NCBI GenBank assembly: GCA_026770705.1
Contig: JANJGN010000021.1
Span: forward strand, 80,724,001-80,788,000
DNA length: 64,000 nucleotides
Direction: 5' to 3'
Source: Isurus oxyrinchus
Taxonomy: Eukaryota
Shown in pieces: positions 14,278 to 27,000 of this stretch. The position numbers and the translations under genes were made by a program. The notes under the pieces are model-generated. The model saw nothing but the letters and a program-made list of their open reading frames with translations, made no database searches and was not told where the DNA came from. Every line of letters starts with the position of its first letter. Within the stretch, counting starts at the first letter, position 1.

Positions 14278-14404
14278 GGGTGGAATTTTATGGCCCCCTC
14301 CACCGGTGGCATTTTCCGGTCCCACCAAAATCAATGGATTTTTGAACAGTTTGCCACATTTTCCAGCCCCTCCCCCGCCAGGACAAGGCTGTAAAATTCC
14401 ACCT
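14278..14404. mobile_element. Harbinger-type MITE (~127 bp)
   Basis: Perfect 12-bp TIRs GGTGGAATTTTA (14279-14290) and TAAAATTCCACC (14392-14403), with flanks tat/tac. Confidence 0.7.
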
Positions 14405-15804
14405 TACGTGTTTGTCAGAGGGCGATAACAGGAGAGGCCAGGTCCAGAATGGCAGGTTGGGCAATAAATCAGTGTTACATACTGACATCACGACCTGCCA
14501 CTGTGCACACCTCTGGCATACTCACAGGACACTCATCCTCCATGGTATGGATACTGGTGCAGGCTATGTCATAAGTAACTGGGAGCAACTCCCCTGCCCC
14601 CTGTGACCTTCACAACAACTAGATCCTGTAGCAATAGAGCCACCAAAAAACAGAGCTGAATTTTGCAGCCATTTTCATCTCCAATTAAATTAACAGAAGG
14701 TAAATGTAATGCGGTGTAAAGCTGGCTGCTCCCTCACTACTAAGCCTGGGGTGAACCAATTTTACCTCAGCGTTTGTAACTGGATTAACTTGAGAATGTA
14801 AATCTCCTCCTGCAGGGGGAGACATTGTAAAGTTTATCACAGGCTGAAATTCAACTTTAAACATTCCACACGGGTTAGGATTAAACACTTGTCCCAGTGA
14901 CAGCTGATCCTCAGCCAGCCTGTGTTCAGAATGGCTATTGGAGTAATCTGAACTAAATATTTATACGGTAGTTCAAGGCTTGTTTAAGTGGCACCAGTTA
15001 CTCAGAGATTCTCATTCTGTAACATATATGGAGAAACTCAACTCCCCCAGTCACAAGCTACAGAAACACACAGCATATTGAGATGGTAATTGTGTCTGAG
15101 CCTCTAACACTCTCAGCAATCACTGGGATACAAATTGGTCTTCAGATGTTGTGCAAAATGGACAATGGTTTGTTTATTTCATCACTCATTCAATTGCTGA
15201 CATATTCAGCTCAATGGGAAAGGAGATAGGATAGTGTGTAAAACAGGCTAATGATTCACTATGGTTCATTTGCATTCTCACCTGAGATGATTTTCTACAT
15301 ATTCACGACCCCAAATCTATCCCAGTTGGTTAGATGAAGCTGATTTAATGGCATCCCACTGCCAGTAATGAGAAGCAAAGTGGTATCCATTAATTCATTC
15401 TGATTCTCCTAACCCATCACTTGTACAGGCAGAGTCAGAATACAATCAGTTCTTATAATTTCTCAGTCAGTTGTTGGATGTAAACAGGTTGCAGTGTGTT
15501 AGACAGACACCTCATAAACATTCATATCTTGGTTGGGGATTCAGATCCATCCCTGTTGAACAGGCAGGTTTGTTCAGTTTATTGGCTATAATAGTTTATT
15601 CCAAATGAGTGTGCGAACATTCTTAACCCAGTTCTCACAACATAAAAATGTTCCAGTTCAGTGTTAGTGACAATATCAACTCAATTCAAACAGATTAAAG
15701 ACAGTCATGAAAGGACATCTTGGGCTGAAATGTTAACTCTGTTTCTCTCCACAGATGCTGCCTGGCCTACTGAGTATTTCCAACATTTTTTTGTTTTTAT
15801 TTCA

Positions 15805-18035
15805 GATTGAAGGGGACAGTGATTATTGTATTATACATTTTAGGATGATAGTAAAGGGCAATAGGAAACCCAGAGTAAAAATAATTAATTGGACAAGAGC
15901 TGACTTTGATGGGGCAAGAATGGAGATGGGCCAAATAGACTGGAATGAAAGATTGGCAGGAAAAACTTTAGCTGAACAATGAGCCACCTTCAAAAAGGAA
16001 TTGGTTCGAGCACGGTCAAGGTATATTTCATCGAAAGGGAAAGGTAGGGCAAACAAATCCAGAGCTCCCTGGATGAAAAAGGAGATAGAAGTTCGGGTAA
16101 AGAAGGAAAAGTGTGCTTATGACAGGTATCAGGTAGAAAATACAATTGAGAACAATAGGTTCAGAGGCGAGGTGAAAAAGCATATTAGAAAAGTGAAGAG
16201 GGTTTATGAGAAAAGACTGGCAGCCAACATAAAGGGGAATCCCAAAGTCTTCTATAGACATTTAAATTATAAAAGGGTGGTAAGAGGAAGAGTAGGACGA
16301 TTAGAGACCTAGAAAGGAATTCACACATGAATGAAGGGGCCACGGCTGAGGTATTAAATGAATACTTTGCATCTGTCTTTACCAAGGAGATAGATGCTAC
16401 CCAGGCCATGATGACAGAAGGAAGCTATGTCACTAGAAGGGTTCAGAATTGATAAGGAGGAAGGGTTGAACAGACTGTCAGTACTTAAAATTGATAAGGC
16501 ACTAGGGCCTGATGAGATGCATTCAAGAATGCGGAAGGAAGTGAGAGTAGAAATTGCAGGAGCACTGGTCATAATCTTTCAATCTTCCCTAGACTTAGGG
16601 GTGGTGCCAGAGGGCTGGAGAATTGCAAACATTATGCCCTTGTTCAAAAAAGGGTGTAAGGATAAGCCCAGCAATTATAGACCAGTCAGTTTAAATTCAG
16701 TGGTAAGCAGGGTTCTAGAAACAATTTTCAGGGATAAAATTAGTAGTAACATGGAAAAACGTGGGTTGATTAGGAAGAGCCAGCATGGATTTCTAAAGGG
16801 GAAATCATGTTTAACTAACTTGCTGCAGTTTTTCGAAGAGGTAACAAAAAAGGTAGATGAGGGTAATGCTATTGATGTGGTGTACATGGTTTTTCAAAAG
16901 ACATTTGATACAGTGCCACACAACAGACTTGTGGGGAAAGTTATTGCTCATGGAATAAAAGGGACAGTAGCATTGTGGATACAAAATTGACTGAAAATAA
17001 GAAGCAGACACTAATGATCAATGGATATTTTTCCGGCTGGAGGGAGGTTTATAGTGGAGTTCCCCAGGGGTTGATATATATTAATGATCTAGATCTTGGT
17101 GTGATGGGGACAGTTTCAAAGTTTGCAGATGATATGAAGCTTAGAAGTGTTGTGAACTGTTAGGAGGATGGTGTGGAACTTCAAGAAGACATAGACAAGT
17201 TAGTGGAGTGGGCAGGTAGGTGGCAGATGAAGTTTAATATGGAGAAGTGTGAGGTGATGCATTTTGATAGGAAGAAGATGGACAGACAATATAAAATAAG
17301 GGGTGAAATTTTGAAGGGGGTGCAGGAGCAGAAAGACCTGGGTGTATATGTGCATAGTTCATTGAAGGTGGCAGGTGAGGTGGAGAGCACGGTTAATGAA
17401 GCATATAATATCCTGGGCTTTATTAATAGGGGCATAGAGTGCAAGAGCAGAGAGGTTATGCTGAATTTATATAAGACATTAGCTAGACTTCAGCTGGAAT
17501 ATTGTGTACAGTTCTGAGCACCATATTATTGGAAGGATGTGAACATATTGGAGAAAGTGCAGAAGAGGTTTACAATAAAGGTTCCAGGGATAAGAAACTT
17601 CAGCTATGAGGATAGTTTGAAAGGTTGGGATTGTTCTCCTTAGAGAGGAGAAGGCTGAGAGGAGATTTGATAGAGATGTTCAAAATCATGAGAGGGCTGG
17701 ACAGAGTAGAGAAGGAGAAGCTGTTTCTGCTCATAATAGGATCAAGAACGAGAGGGCACAGATTTAAAATGATTTGCAAAAGAAGCAAGTGTGACATGAG
17801 AAAAAACTTTTTCACACAAGTGGCTCGTGTCAGGAATGCACTGCCCAGAAGTGTGGTGGAGGTAGGTTCAATCAAGACATTCAAGAGGGCATTAGGTGAT
17901 TATTTGAATAGAAACAATGTGCAGGAATTAGGGGAAAAGGCAGGGCAATGGCACTAGGTTAAAATGCTCATTTGGAAAGCCGGTGCAGACATGATAGGCT
18001 GAATGGCCTCCTTCTGTGCCATTCAGATTCTGTGA
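15805..18035 (+). mobile_element. 5'-truncated, decayed CR1 LINE (HER1-like), ORF2/RT remnant
   Basis: ORF fragments include KALGPDEMH, NYRPVSL, QHGFLKGKSCLTNL, SGVPQG, KFADD and [11 protein letters not shown]. The 3' end reads ggtgcagac...gaatggcctccttctgtg...gattctgtga. There are multiple stops and frameshifts. Confidence 0.92.
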
Positions 18036-18274
18036 TGCTGGGACCAGGTTATTAACTGAAATGCATATCAATACCACATTTTCCTTTTCGGACTGCTTAT
18101 CAGAATTTTGGGCACAAGTTGCCCATGATTTCTCATCAAAATTTAACAGATAATAGAATGTATGTAAAATGCAGAGGATAAAAATCTAGACTATGTTTTC
18201 TGCTTTGAGAAGAATGCATCACATTTGTGCAGTCAGCATAATCTTCTGATTTTAGGCAACAGAGCACAGATTTA

Positions 18275-18682
18275 ATTTGTATCTAACCTTGTGCCATACC
18301 TGTCCCATGAGTGTTGGATGGGGATAGCGTAGACGGAGCTTTACTCGGTATCCAACTCTGTGCTGTACCTGTCCTGGGAGTGTTTGATAGGGACAATGTA
18401 GAGGCAGCTTTACTCTGTATCTAACCCCGTGCTGTACCTGTCCTGGGAGTGTTTGATGGGACAATGTAAAGGGAGCTTTATTCTGTATTTAACCCTGTTC
18501 TGTACCTGCCCTGGGAGTGTTTGATGAGACAGGTATAGAGGGAGATGTACTCTCTTTCTAACTCTACGCTGTGCCTATCCTGAGGATGTTTGATGGGAAC
18601 ACTGTACAGGGAGTTTTACTCTGTATCTAACCCTATGTTGTTCCTTCCCTGTGATTGTTTGATGGGGACAGTGTAGAGGGAA
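18275..18682. repeat. ~69-bp tandem repeat, about 6 copies (GTAGAGGGAGCTTTACTCTGTATCTAACCCCGTGCTGTACCTGTCCTGGGAGTGTTTGATGGGACA...)
   Basis: The tactc/tattc motif recurs at 18342, 18411, 18479, 18548 and 18617. Confidence 0.9.
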
Positions 18683-18807
18683 TCTGATTGTTGGTAGACC
18701 CAGCGTGTGACATTAATGGCAGGTTTTAAAGATAAGATAGGACTGGCAGTAAACAATTACACACCTACTAAGATTTTATTGTCAGGATCATCGGGTAAAG
18801 AAAATCT

Positions 18808-20050
18808 GGCTGGGATTTCCTGTGCCTGCCGGTGTTGGATGTGTTCGGTGGCATGAGCGGACAATATGGCGTGATCGGTTTCATGATGCTGTGAAACCAG
18901 TTCACGATCATCTGCTCAGTCCGCCAATGACAGACTGCATTCCCCGCCATCGGACATTGGGAACTCATTGTAATACATCAGCATATCATAATTAGCCCAG
19001 AAGCCGAAATCGTTGCCCATCCCACCAGCTCAATCATCCATCCACGACATGTGCCGACGTATTTCAAAACAGCAATAGTGACGTGCGCCTGGCAGGCTGC
19101 ACTTCACTCGGGACTTCAAGGTTTGTTTGCCTACCTTGCTTCGGGCAGCACTCGCAGTCATCAGTGCCAGGCTTCACAGACAGCACCACATCACTTTTAG
19201 GGGGAGCTCACAGCAGGTCTCTACCTACCTGATCAGCCATATGTGGGTGGCTTTTCAATGACTGCAGGGCAAGGTCTAGCTTGGGGAAGGGGGAGAAGTG
19301 GCCTGAGGCAAGGGAAGAGGCTGCAGGGTGAGGGCTGTACTGGGGGAGGGTTTCCCAGGGTGTGTGTGCAGGCACATGTTGATCTGTGCAAGTGGCCTAA
19401 AGACAGTGATACCTGAGGAAGCAGTCTCCAGAGGAGATGAAGCCAGATGGACATGTGAGGGTGTGTGTGTGAGAATGGGTGGTGATGACCCTTGAGCTGG
19501 CAGTGAGTGAGATGCCAGTGAATGGGTGTTGGGCTTGAGTGTGTGAGTTTAGAGTGATGAGATGGTTGCCTTACCCTGACAGCACGGATGAGATCAATTC
19601 TTTCTGCATTGGATGGCCAACCTCTTCTGTGCAGCATTGGCACTGCCATTGCCTACCAAGCCTGGTTGGTCACACCACTGCCCATCCTACAGCCAGATTG
19701 AGGGAACAGGACATTGCGGCAGGCCTCCACAACATCCAAAAGGCATTCCAGTGACACGTCACTAAACCTGGGGGCTGCTGTCTTTTTGCCTTTCGTGGAC
19801 ATCTTCCCTGCAGCAGTCCAGGGCTGGAAGCGCTGAGATCTGTGCGTCTGACTCGATGAAATGGCGAGGTGATGGCGTGGTGGGCAAATGAGAGCCCCCC
19901 CATCATTGAAACGGCCTGTTTCCCGGGAATGCACAAATAATGTGGCAGGTTTGGGGATACAGTGTGAAAACCCACCATCGCGGCCAGTGGATAAAATGTC
20001 GATTTACCCACTTGCTACCAACTTCACTGCAATTCAAGATGATTCCACCC
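18808..20050 (-). mobile_element. Non-autonomous Harbinger derivative carrying a Myb/SANT-like exon
   Basis: Minus-strand translation gives MSTKGKKTAAPRFSDVSLECLLDVVEACRNVLFP...NQAW...DLIRAVR, then a donor gtaagg near 19575. The ends are degenerate GGGNGGAAT-like termini. Confidence 0.6.
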
Positions 20051-20740
20051 TCTGTCTCTTTATCGTTCTCTCAAGGTTTGACCTGATTTGAGAAGGAGGA
20101 CAGATTGGGACAAGCTGAGGACAGAGACAATGTGAAAGTGACCATCGAGCAAAAGGAGCAAAATCCCAAACTCAAAACTGTAACATTTTCAATCCTTGTT
20201 GGATTGTGATTTGTACTGACTGATTTCAGCAATTGAGGCTCCTGTCCAGCTCATCTTAACCTTATTCTCTCTATCCGCAGCATCTTCAGAAGAGGGGAAA
20301 AGATAAAAAAGGCAAAAAAAGGGGAAATTCCTGGATTATTTGCTATGATTCTACCAGGATCTTTATCCCAATAGATTGAACATCCTGAGGGAGGATTCTG
20401 ATCAATACTGATCAGGAGTCATCATGAATCATTCACCCAGTTTCTCTCTCCAAAGATGCTGCCTGATCTGCTGAGTATTTGCACCATTTTCTGTTTTATT
20501 TCTGATAAATACTGTTAAATGAAACAGAATGAATGCAGGCTAGGAATATGAAATAGATGTGGAGGAGAGCAGGAGACATTGGAAACAGCGTTAAACCATT
20601 AGCAGGAACTTTTTAGTTCAATAAAAGTAAACAGATATCTCTTCACTTATGAAAAAAGATCTTCATCTCACTGCTATTTTTTCTCAAATAAAACAAACTC
20701 AAGGTTCATTTAGAGAAATTTAGAACAGGCTTGAATTTCA

Positions 20741-20783
20741 CCTGGAAACAGCTGATGGAGGAGATCTCAATTTGTGATTGGCT
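20741..20783 (+). promoter_or_regulatory. MHC class II proximal promoter X box and Y box
   Basis: The X-like CCTGGAAACAGCTG (20741-20754; mammalian X1 is CCTAGCAACAGATG) and Y box GTGATTGGCT (20774-20783, inverted CCAAT) are 19 bp apart, the canonical spacing. They lie about 150-195 bp upstream of the ATG. No S/W box was confidently seen. Confidence 0.8.
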
Positions 20784-20935
20784 TATTAATGCTAAAACTC
20801 ATGTCAATTACAGAGTGATACTTCAGTAAAGTGAGTGAGATAGAAACTTAGCTTCAGAGTCACACTGACAACAGACTGAGGGAAGCTGGCACTGGGTGAA
20901 GTCTGATCACAATTGGCAAAAACGAGAGGATTAGA

Positions 20936-21002
20936 ATGGATGTTGGGAGATACTTTACCGTGTTGGTGCTGGTTTTAATTCATGGAGCCTGGGCTGTGAA
21001 AT
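20936..21002 (+). CDS. DAA: MHC class II alpha exon 1 (signal peptide [22 protein letters not shown])
   Basis: ATG at 20936, hydrophobic core, donor T|GTGAGT at 21003. This exon is missing from the ORF track because it is too short. Confidence 0.9.
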
Positions 21003-24000
21003 GTGAGTTATGAAACAGTAAAGTTTAATAGTTTATAAATTTTAATATCTGATCCCACTGGATTCAGTGTGACGTTATTTATAGGGACTGTTAATTGTAT
21101 ATTAACTGGGTGTTTAATTGAATTCAGCTGTTGGATACTTACTGGGGATTTACCGATATTCATTATATATATTGTATGGGAGCAGTTAGGAGGTACATGT
21201 CTGCAATCTGTAGCTCTGTAAATAAATTGTTTTATATAGGAGCAGACTAAAAATGTGGTTGATGGTATTGTAGTTAGGTGCACGATATGTAATGTGTGTC
21301 TCTGTAAATAAAGGCTTGTAAGTCTAGGCTTCAGTTCTATGCTTCACCACCTGGCTATCTGGATTATAACATTATTATATTTATATTGTAATGCAACAAC
21401 CACAGCTTGCATATATATATAGTTCCTTTTACATAGGAACATGTTCCAAGGGGTTTCACTGGGGGTTAATCAGACAAGACTTGAAAGAGTCCAGGGAGGA
21501 ATCACTTTAAGGGGTGACTTACTTGATCAAATTAAGTGATTTTAAAGGAGCTTCTTAAAAGAGTAGAGTGAGGTGGAGAGCTTCAGGGAGGGAATGTAAA
21601 AGTTTACGATCTAGACAGCTGAAGCCATTTCCACCGATGGCGGGGTGTGAGAGCCAGATCTGGACAAAGTCTGAGTGCTCGGAAGGTTGTAAAGCTGGAG
21701 GAAGTTACAGAGACATGGAAAGGGGAAGTCACAGATTAATTTCAACAAGAGGATGAGAATTTTAAACTTGAGGTGTTGCCAGATGGGGAGACAATGCAGA
21801 TCAGTGGGTGCAGGTCTTGGTGTGAGTTTGGACATGGGCAGCAGAGTTTTGGATGAGTTCAAGTTTATGGAGGGTGGAAGATAGGAGATCAGTTAAGAAA
21901 GTAACAGAACAGTTGAGGCAAAAGGTAATGGGAGCATAAAGGAGGGATCCAGTAACACATAATCTGAGGCAGGAAGTGAGACAGGAGAGGTTACAGAGAT
22001 GTAAGTAGGCAGTCTCAGTGATGGAGAGGGGACGACATTGGACACTCAGCTCTGGGCCACAGAGGTCATTAAGATTGCAAACTGTCTGATTCAGCCTCAG
22101 TGAGTGGCCAGGGAGGGCAATGAAATAATCAGCTAGAGAACAGAGACAATGATCAAGCAGAGGCTTTGATCTTCCAAATAATTCGTTAGAAGTTTCTGCT
22201 CATCCAGTGATGGATGTTGGACACTCAACATGACAAATCAGAAACAGTGGAGGGGTCGAGAGAAATGATGGTGAAGTAGAGCTGGGTGTTGTTGACATAC
22301 ATGTGAAAACTTAATGTAGTATTTTTGGATGAGGTTACTGAGGAGAAGCATGTAGATGAGAAACAGGAGGGGGGCAAGAATAAATCACATTAACTTACAC
22401 ATAATAACACGGCATAGAATCCGGCCATTCAGCCAAACCGGTCCATGCCAGTGTTTATATTCCACTTCAGCTCGAACATCCTTCCTCCTCTATCCCTAAT
22501 ACCTCCATTTCATTCTTCATCATGTGTTTATCTAGCTTCCCCTTAAATCCACCAATACCTTTCACCTCAGCAACACCAGAGATAACAGTGGGAGCAGATA
22601 GAGAAGCCATTGAGGGAACTCTCTGGCCACAGTTAGATAAGAATAGAACCAGATGAGATCAGTCTTACCCAGCTGGATGATAATAGAGAGCTATTAGTGG
22701 ATGGAGAGGTCAATCATGTCAAAGACTGCAGATGGATCAAGAAGGCAAGCTGAAGAGGACAGAAAGCTCCCAGGGAGCAAAAAGGCCGAGAAGGATGAGG
22801 AGGAAATGCTTATCTTTGACACATAGGGTATCATTTGTGGATTTTGAAAAGAGTCATTTCATTACTGTGACCGAACCCTGACTGGAAAAGTGTCTTTTAA
22901 AGGTGATAGAGAGGGACAACATCTGAAGAGACAGAACCATGAACAATATCGGCTAACATGGGGGCCAGGAGGGGGAAGTTGGATGATCAGCAGTTTGGTG
23001 AGAATAGGGTCGAGGAGGTGGGTCTCATGGACAAGATGAGCTCAGAGAGGGCAATATGGGGAGATGGAAATGAAACTAGAGAAAGATGTGAGTTCAGGGA
23101 GAGGGCAGGGAGAGCATTAATGGAAGTTTGTCCAGGTGGGCTAGGGGAAGGGAGGGAAGTGGCAGAGGCAGCGGATGGGATGGTTTTAATCTTAGTGACA
23201 AAGAAGCTTCATGAACTCCTTGTTCTTGTTGGAGGTGAAGGTGGAGGAGACAGGTTTAAGAAGACAGCTTGCAGCAGAGAAAATAAACCTGCAGATACCT
23301 TTGCAATGGGACTCAGGCAGAAGTTAAACATTTTGAAGGATTCAGGAGATGGCAGTGGGGTAGGGTTGGCAGTCTGGGCACATTCAGGAGATTGGGGCAG
23401 AGGACTTCTACTGTAGTGGCAATGTATATTACACGCTCTGTCATGGTATGACCTATGCCTATCTGCCCCTAAGACTCTCATCTTCCCTAAGACTACAACT
23501 ATTCTGGGATGGACTTAATCCCAGGTCACCTTGCAAGTTAGCCCACACTGCATGATCACCCTCTCTACTTGCTCTCCAATGGGGAAGATTTCTGGCATGA
23601 GATCTTTCATCAGAGCCTACAGGATGCTTTCAAGAGTCCTCTCTCAGTGTGCCTCTTACTCAGCGTCTTTGGATGATGTTACTGTGGTTGTCAGTCTAAT
23701 GTAAGGATCGAGTGGACAGATGATCTCTACACATACAGTTGGCACAACCCGCTCTTTTATCCATTGTAATCTTTACCCCTCCCCATCCAGATGATCAACT
23801 ATGGGCTGTCACAGATGGCACTGTTAAGAAGCATGGCATTACATCCGCTCTGAATGTGACCTGTGGCAACAGACTCAAACTTGCTAGTTTTCTCAGTGCC
23901 AAACTACATGGTCATGATATCAGCTGAGAATATCATTTGTGCAATTGAAGCTCTGTCCATCACAACTTCCAACAACCACTTCAGCCCATATATTGAGCAG

Positions 24001-27000
24001 TCCAAGGATCATACTTGTGTCCTCACAGACAACAAACCTCGTGTATAGGCCTCTGAGAAACTGTGTAGGGGAGAATTTCTACCCGTTGAAGGACACACTA
24101 GTTTCCTTTCCACAGTCAGTCGATACCATACCTCTTACAGATACCTAGCTGGATCTGGGAACATTTCTTCGCATTCTGCAAGCCGCAATGCACCTGACTG
24201 TGGGGACCCCACATGTCAAGCTTGTTACTTCATACACCAGATCTCAGCTTCCACCGTTCTCTGGAGATCCATTGAAGACATTGGCCGGAATTATTGGTGG
24301 GGGTGAGGAGCCAACCAAAAGCCCATTCAGCGGGACAGGAAGATCCCGCCCATTGTGTCAGGCTCCATAAAACTCCCTTTCACCAGCAGGCCAGCATGGC
24401 AAGCTAGCCAGTCTGAATGTCACTTCCTTTGTCGAATGCTTGCCTACCTGTTGCAAGGTACCTGTCCTTCAAAGCTGCTTACCAACATTCACAATGTCAA
24501 ACCTCTGGATGGTAGCTATCTCTAGATTGCTACCATTGCTTGGATGGTTTACTCATTGTGTGGCACAATGAGCCCCTTTCCCCTTCCAGGGAATGCATTA
24601 TCTTCCCATGTAATGTTCTGAAAAACCTTACCACTGCTCGCCACCTACATCTTGGTCACCCATCATGTCATCAGCTCAAATTGGACACTCATCAGTATTT
24701 CTATGTGCTTGATATGGATGCCTCCATTGAACAGGTTACAGCTAGCTGCCATATCCGCGCTGTTCTCCAGACCATCTCACACACTGTTGTAACCCAGTCT
24801 CAGACATTCCAGAGGTGGTTAGCATCTCATTTTCTGCTGATGTTATCAAGAATGAGCAACAACTCATTTTTCATGTGCGATAGTGTGTCTCTTCTTACAC
24901 TGCCACTTGCATCATTGCCAATGAACAACATAACACATCGAGGGATACTCTCTCCAGTTGAGCTTTGGGCTTTGTCTACTTGATGATTCCCAAGCTGTCA
25001 TACAGTTAGATCCAGCCCCTGGTCTTTCTGCCTGTTGGGAGACAAGCTGCTTCAGGAACATTACATTGTCATTGAGTTTGGGAGATTGAAGAATTCCAAC
25101 AAGAACCCAGTAGCAGAGAAGGCAGTATGGGAACTGGAGGGCAAGCTTCTATGTCAAGAACCACAAGGAAGGCTTATTACACCTTTGACCTGGTCTATTG
25201 CCACTGCTCGACTCACCTCCTTCCTTCATTCCCAAGGCCTTTCTGCAAGAGAGCTATGGATTCAAAGAAATCAGTTCATCAATGTGCAGATTCCTCTGTC
25301 CAACAACAGGGTTATTGAGACTCAACATCGGATCAGCCAGGTCAGAAATCCAAGGACTCCAGGACTCCAACTAACACTCACCTCAGTTGATGTTGGTGAT
25401 TTGGTCTACCTTCATGCTGATTAAAACAAGTCACAGACCTGCCAGTGCTACTTGGTTACCTCTGTCGATGATGGCTGGGGCAATATTTGCAAGTTCATCT
25501 GTTCCCAACTACATAGCACAACTTATTCATCCAGGAGGTCTGGATGCTCCCTTCCTTCTCCGCTGGCTCTGTGATCTGCTCCATTTCCAGCTATGCTTCT
25601 ACCAGCCATCGTGAATGCTCCTGACCCATCTGGCCTGTTTCTGCACACACTAGCATAGCAACTGAGGTGTCTACACCTTTCACAGCTCCAGTCAACTACA
25701 GGGTCAACTATGCAAGCCCCAGAGCCTACAGTAGATCCCCCAGTCACTGACATTGGGTCAGGTCCCTGAGCTGCCCCTCGAAACAGATGCTGATAACTGA
25801 TCTGGAGCCATGGCTTTATCGCTGATCCAGTCTCGTGGTCCCCAACCTAGAGCCTTGATCTGACGCAACCATCTGATCCAATCTTGCATCCCCAAGCCCA
25901 GGCTCCTGATCCTATACCAACAGATTGTAGCACACCTAGCCAGCCAACTGCATGCACCACTAGCCCTGTTTCCTCAGAACCTGTGTTATGATGCTCCACT
26001 TGACATAGACACCTCCAAAAGTGGATTTTGTACTTCAGGATAAATGCTAATATTTGGGGGCAGAATAAACTCCAAAGGCTGGAAGGAAGTCCATCCCTGT
26101 GAAATGTTTGCCTTCCCACATACAATTCCTCTGCATGTGTTTGAATTACCTTTTACAGCTTTTGTTTCTTATATATGTGATGCTGTAATCTTTCCCCCTT
26201 TGTTCACTTGAGCCTTCATTTCAATGCAAAGAAGCTGTATGCCAAAAAAATTTTGAAGTTTAATATATGCATTGTTAGAAAGCAAGTTCATGGACATGGA
26301 AGAGAAAGAGGTCATACCATTACATGTTATCGCCCTCTGGTGGCTGGGAGCCCATTCTCATTTGCATGCGAACATTTTGTATTGGAGGTTGTACAGCTCA
26401 ATTTGCGTTATATTAAACCTCAACATTTTCACCTAAACACTATTAATATTGTGATCCAGTTTATGTGCCAATCTGAAGGTGAACACAGCTCACTGGCACA
26501 GTCATAGAACCAAGATTAGAGCCACTTCAGGAATTTGTACAGCGAAACTAGGGCCTATATTGAAGGTTCAGTTTAAGAAATAGTTTGATTCTCACTGAGA
26601 ACTGTATTCTGTTCAGTCAATCAGTACCTGTAAATTAAGCCAATTTGTTGACTTATAATTAGCCTTGTTTCAATAGAATGATCATCAGTCTACTTCCAGA
26701 AGATAGGAGTAATGTTCCCACCTGGACATGCATGGTCAGGATCACTGTACCCAATACAGGTACAGATAACAGCGGGTTTTATCGTTAAAGCCTTGGATCC
26801 CACTATCATATGACTAGACATTGGGTAGTAAAGCAAAACTACTGACTATACTGATCTCACCGACAATGTTCCCTAATCAAACAGCAACTTAACTGATTAT
26901 CCTCAGAATGTATTCACTTACCACAGCGGCAGGTAGCTTACTAAGCCAATTAAGGGACCTGTTAAGGCCGTTCCCTCCCCACCTTGCAGTGACTGAAAGA

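Noticed and set aside
21228-21371. Tiny solo-LTR-like segment (TGTT...AACA with AATAAA)
   Set aside because: There is no convincing TSD and it is too short to support without a database search.
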